From: Vulcanimicrobiaceae bacterium
GTDB lineage: Bacteria > Vulcanimicrobiota > Vulcanimicrobiia > Vulcanimicrobiales > Vulcanimicrobiaceae
NCBI GenBank assembly: GCA_046262595.1
Contig: JBHEMM010000020.1
Location: 501 to 43,413, forward strand
DNA: 42,913 nucleotides
Direction: 5' to 3'
Shown here: in pieces, positions 40,637 to 42,913 of the stretch
How the letters are laid out: each line of letters starts with the position of its first letter
Position numbering within the stretch: the stretch's first letter is position 1
Translations under genes and position numbers: made by a program
Notes under the pieces: model-generated
The model's input: the letters and a program-made list of their open reading frames with translations, nothing else
Told to the model about the DNA's origin: nothing
The model's database searches: none

Positions 40637-41616
40637 CGCAACGCATCCTCAATGCCGGCGAGCCATCCGGAGCTCCGGTAGGCATCTTGGCCGATTTCGA
40701 GGCGCACGCCGCGCATGCCGCGCAGCGCGGCCATCGTTTGCGTGAGCGTCCAGCGCGCAACCGGCGCATCGCACGGAAGCACAATTTGCCGCAGCAGCGC
40801 GGCCGCGCTTTGCGAGACCGTCATCGGCGCGGACCGGATGCCTGCGTGCGCTGCGGTGCGAGCAACTTCTACGATGTGCGTCGGCCGGGCGTGCGGCCGG
40901 GCTGCGCCGGGACGAACCCTATCGAGGTGAACGCGGCGCTTGTCCGTCCAGGCGGAGTAACGCGGCAGCGAAGCGAGGTCGCGTAAATCGAACCAGCGCC
41001 CTGTGGCCGGGTCTAAGTTAAACGTTTGCAGCAAAGAGCGCAGAACGGGCTTACCGCCTTCATTGCGCAGGAGCAGTTTATCATCCCCGAGCGTCGACCA
41101 CCCGTTTAAGACGAGCGCCGTCGTCAGCGTGCTTTTTCCGCCCCCCGATGCAGCGCACAGCAGCGCGCACACATCGCCCTTAACCACGGCGCCCGCATGC
41201 AGCGCCACGAAACCCTCGTTTCGCCAACCCGCGGTACAAATGAGCGAAAACACGTCTTCCATGTCGCCGACTTGCGGCTCGTCGAAAACCGTTTCCGGTG
41301 GAACGGAGATCGTCCAAACGTCTGTACCTGCAACGGTGGAACCGCGGGCGACGAAGCCGTACTGCGTATCGGCAACATACGAATCGCCCGTGCGGTCGAC
41401 CGTCATGTGCGCGCAGGAAACGAACGTTCCGCTTGCGCGCACACCCAGCGCCCGGCGTTCCAAGTGCACCTCGACGCGGCGCGTGCGCTCTCTCCACGTC
41501 CGGCTGAACAGCGAGACATAGTTGCAGGCGACGGCAGCGAGCTCGCCGTCGGCTGCGCTAATGCTCAGGTCCAACGGCCCGCAACTGCCGGTAATGCGCT
41601 CGACCGCGGCCAGCAT
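40633..41616 (-). CDS. HPr-kinase-like P-loop Ser/Thr kinase (lasso peptide kinase-like)
   Basis: ALHAGAV, Walker A ASGGGKSTLT, LGDD motif. Confidence 0.8.
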   Translation of the reverse strand: MLAAVERITGSCGPLDLSISAADGELAAVACNYVSLFSRTWRERTRRVEVHLERRALGVRASGTFVSCAHMTVDRTGDSYVADTQYGFVARGSTVAGTDVWTISVPPETVFDEPQVGDMEDVFSLICTAGWRNEGFVALHAGAVVKGDVCALLCAASGGGKSTLTTALVLNGWSTLGDDKLLLRNEGGKPVLRSLLQTFNLDPATGRWFDLRDLASLPRYSAWTDKRRVHLDRVRPGAARPHARPTHIVEVARTAAHAGIRSAPMTVSQSAAALLRQIVLPCDAPVARWTLTQTMAALRGMRGVRLEIGQDAYRSSGWLAGIEDALR

Positions 41617-41617
41617 G

Positions 41618-42022
41618 CTACTCGGCCAGCGGTATGCTGGGATCGAACGCGCTGGTTACGACGCTTTGCAGCGGTTCAGCGTGACGTTCGATGGTGGGCG
41701 CAACCCAAGGCGCCGCGTATGTGGCGACCTCGGGCGCGGCATCCTCAGTGGACGGCTCGAGCAAATTCTCCGCCGATAAGTGCGCGAGAAAGCTGCGGAC
41801 TTCGTCCTCGCCGCTCGCGCCCCACAGGATGCATTGCCGCACGATCCGTTCCGGCGACGCGCCGGAGATCTCGAACAACTGCACGATTGCCCATGCCGAC
41901 CGGTTGAGCGAATAAAAGTACTTGGTTTCAAGGTCCAGCAGAACGGCGCCGCCTTCGACGACCGTAGCAACAAGCGCGGGCCGCAAGGCAACGGCCGCGG
42001 CGCGTATATCCGTCCCGATCAT
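41618..42022 (-). CDS. PqqD/RRE domain protein with a C-terminal leader/core-like peptide extension
   Basis: GGAGGGG RBS 7 nt before ATG 42022. RRE signature AVLLDLETKYFYSLNRSAWAIVQL...EVRSFLAHLSAENLLE, then the tail YAAPWVAPTIERHAEPLQSVVTSAFDPSIPLAE. Confidence 0.85.
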   Translation of the reverse strand: MIGTDIRAAAVALRPALVATVVEGGAVLLDLETKYFYSLNRSAWAIVQLFEISGASPERIVRQCILWGASGEDEVRSFLAHLSAENLLEPSTEDAAPEVATYAAPWVAPTIERHAEPLQSVVTSAFDPSIPLAE

Positions 42023-42044
42023 AACTTTTCCCCTCCGTGCGAAC

Positions 42045-42074
42045 ACTATACGGCGGCGCCGCCGCAGCCAGCAA
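42045..42074 (-). promoter_or_regulatory. Candidate sigma70-type promoter of the RRE operon
   Basis: On the minus strand, TTGCTG (42074-42069), N18, then TATAGT (42050-42045), just upstream of the RBS. Confidence 0.45.
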
Positions 42075-42133
42075 GCGCCGGGAAGGGAAGGTAGCGGTGC
42101 CGGGCGGCCTAACGCTTCGTACGGAATCCCGTG

Positions 42134-42170
42134 AAAAAGCAGGAAGCGCGCCTATCGGCCGGCTTCCTGC
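42134..42170 (-). terminator. Intrinsic terminator after the CxxC-x17-CxxC gene
   Basis: 9-bp stem GCAGGAAGC/GCTTCCTGC followed by TTTTT on the minus strand. Confidence 0.75.
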
Positions 42171-42188
42171 GTTCGTTTCTGCGTTTTT

Positions 42189-42506
42189 TTAGCGGTAAGA
42201 CGGGCGCGATGCAAAGCAGTCGCGGCAATATACGGGCTTGTCGCCGCGCGGCTGAAACGGAACTTCCGCAACGCCGCCGCACTGGCTGCATGTGGCTTGG
42301 AACATTTCCCGACGCGCACCGCCGCCGGCGCCCACGCCGCCGCCGCCTCCCGAACTGGTGCGCATTTGCTTGCGCGCCGTACGGCAATCGGGGCAACGGT
42401 TCGGCTTATTCTGAAAACCTTTTTGAGCGTAAAACTGCTGTTCACCCGAAGTGAACGCGAACTCACGTCCGCAGTCGACACAGTTCAGCATTTCATCAAC
42501 GTACAC
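42189..42506 (-). CDS. Zinc-ribbon plus CxxC-x17-CxxC domain protein
   Basis: CVDC...EQQFYAQKGF...RCPDC, Gly-rich linker, CSQC-x17-CRDC; GGGAG RBS. Confidence 0.9.
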   Translation of the reverse strand: MYVDEMLNCVDCGREFAFTSGEQQFYAQKGFQNKPNRCPDCRTARKQMRTSSGGGGGVGAGGGARREMFQATCSQCGGVAEVPFQPRGDKPVYCRDCFASRPSYR

Positions 42507-42615
42507 TTGACCAGACTCCCTCTTATACGTGGCTATTTTCGGCCTGATTCGACTCGCCTAAGGTACCTTGAGATGGACACTGGGACGCACTTCGAAACCA
42601 GAATTTTACCGGGAA

Positions 42616-42645
42616 ATCCTACCACGCGATAGTAACGAAAAGCAA
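42616..42645 (-). promoter_or_regulatory. Candidate promoter for the CxxC-x17-CxxC gene
   Basis: On the minus strand, TTGCTT, N18, then TAGGAT with an extended -10 TG, in an AT-rich island. Confidence 0.45.
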
Positions 42646-42789
42646 TTAAAGGGTTCGTCCGGATCGCGACGCACGCGGGCGAGCCAGGCCGAGCACTTGT
42701 AACACGATGCGCATAACCCGGACCGCGTGCGCGCCGGCTGCGCGAGGTGTGCGAGGGTATCCTTCGCTTGCTACAAAAGTCCTGCCCAC

Positions 42790-42913
42790 ATGCCGGCCAT
42801 TACTGTTCCCGACACGCTCGCACGCGACGTGGTTGCTCTTCGCCGCGACCTGCACATGCATCCGGAGCTTGGGTTCGAAGAGCGCCGCACGGCGGGTATC
42901 GTCGCCGCTCGCC
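42790..42913 (+). CDS. M20 family amidohydrolase (partial, runs off the window)
   Basis: My translation from ATG 42790 is MPAITVPDTLARDVVALRRDLHMHPELGFEERRTAGIVAAR, containing the RRxLHxHPELGFEE motif. Confidence 0.85.
   Translation, partial: MPAITVPDTLARDVVALRRDLHMHPELGFEERRTAGIVAAR

Noticed and set aside
41618..42022. pqqD of PQQ biosynthesis, or a mycofactocin locus
   Set aside because: No pqqA/B/C/E, radical SAM enzyme or mftA-like peptide is nearby; the neighbours are lasso-type accessory enzymes.
35097..42188. Canonical lasso peptide gene cluster
   Set aside because: No lasso cyclase is present, there is no room for a separate precursor between the terminator and the RRE gene, and the candidate core lacks a ring-forming Asp/Glu at positions 7-9.

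Overview
High-GC bacterial chromosomal window, densely coded. I saw no rRNA, tRNA, CRISPR array or mobile element. From left to right it holds: (1) a 5'-truncated GAF-GAF-PP2C-HATPase signalling gene; (2) the str operon rpsL-rpsG-fusA-tuf-rpsJ, ending at a terminator directly after rpsJ; (3) a disrupted acyltransferase-3 gene, two pilin-like genes, an EamA transporter, a DUF3311/sodium:solute symporter pair and RidA; (4) a 2-aminobenzoyl-CoA/salicylyl-CoA catabolic operon whose SDR gene is frameshifted; (5) a carbamoyltransferase/GT2/GmhB/GT9/GT4 glycan cluster divergent from ugd-uxs-SDR; (6) xth, an O-methyltransferase, a COG1233 oxidoreductase and a second DUF3311/SSS pair; (7) a tightly coupled seven-gene RiPP-like operon at 35097-42022; (8) a CxxC-x17-CxxC zinc protein and the start of an M20 amidohydrolase. 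The best candidate for a new system is (7). It encodes a PqqD/RRE protein with a C-terminal lasso-leader-like tail (apparent RRE-precursor fusion), an HPr-kinase-like kinase, two GT2s, a lasso B2-type peptidase, a nucleotidyltransferase and a flippase fused to a uronate-dehydrogenase-like domain, but no lasso cyclase. Gene content and style are reminiscent of soil Terrabacteria such as Eremiobacterota; that is an unverified impression. All family calls come from motif recognition by eye, not from database searches.
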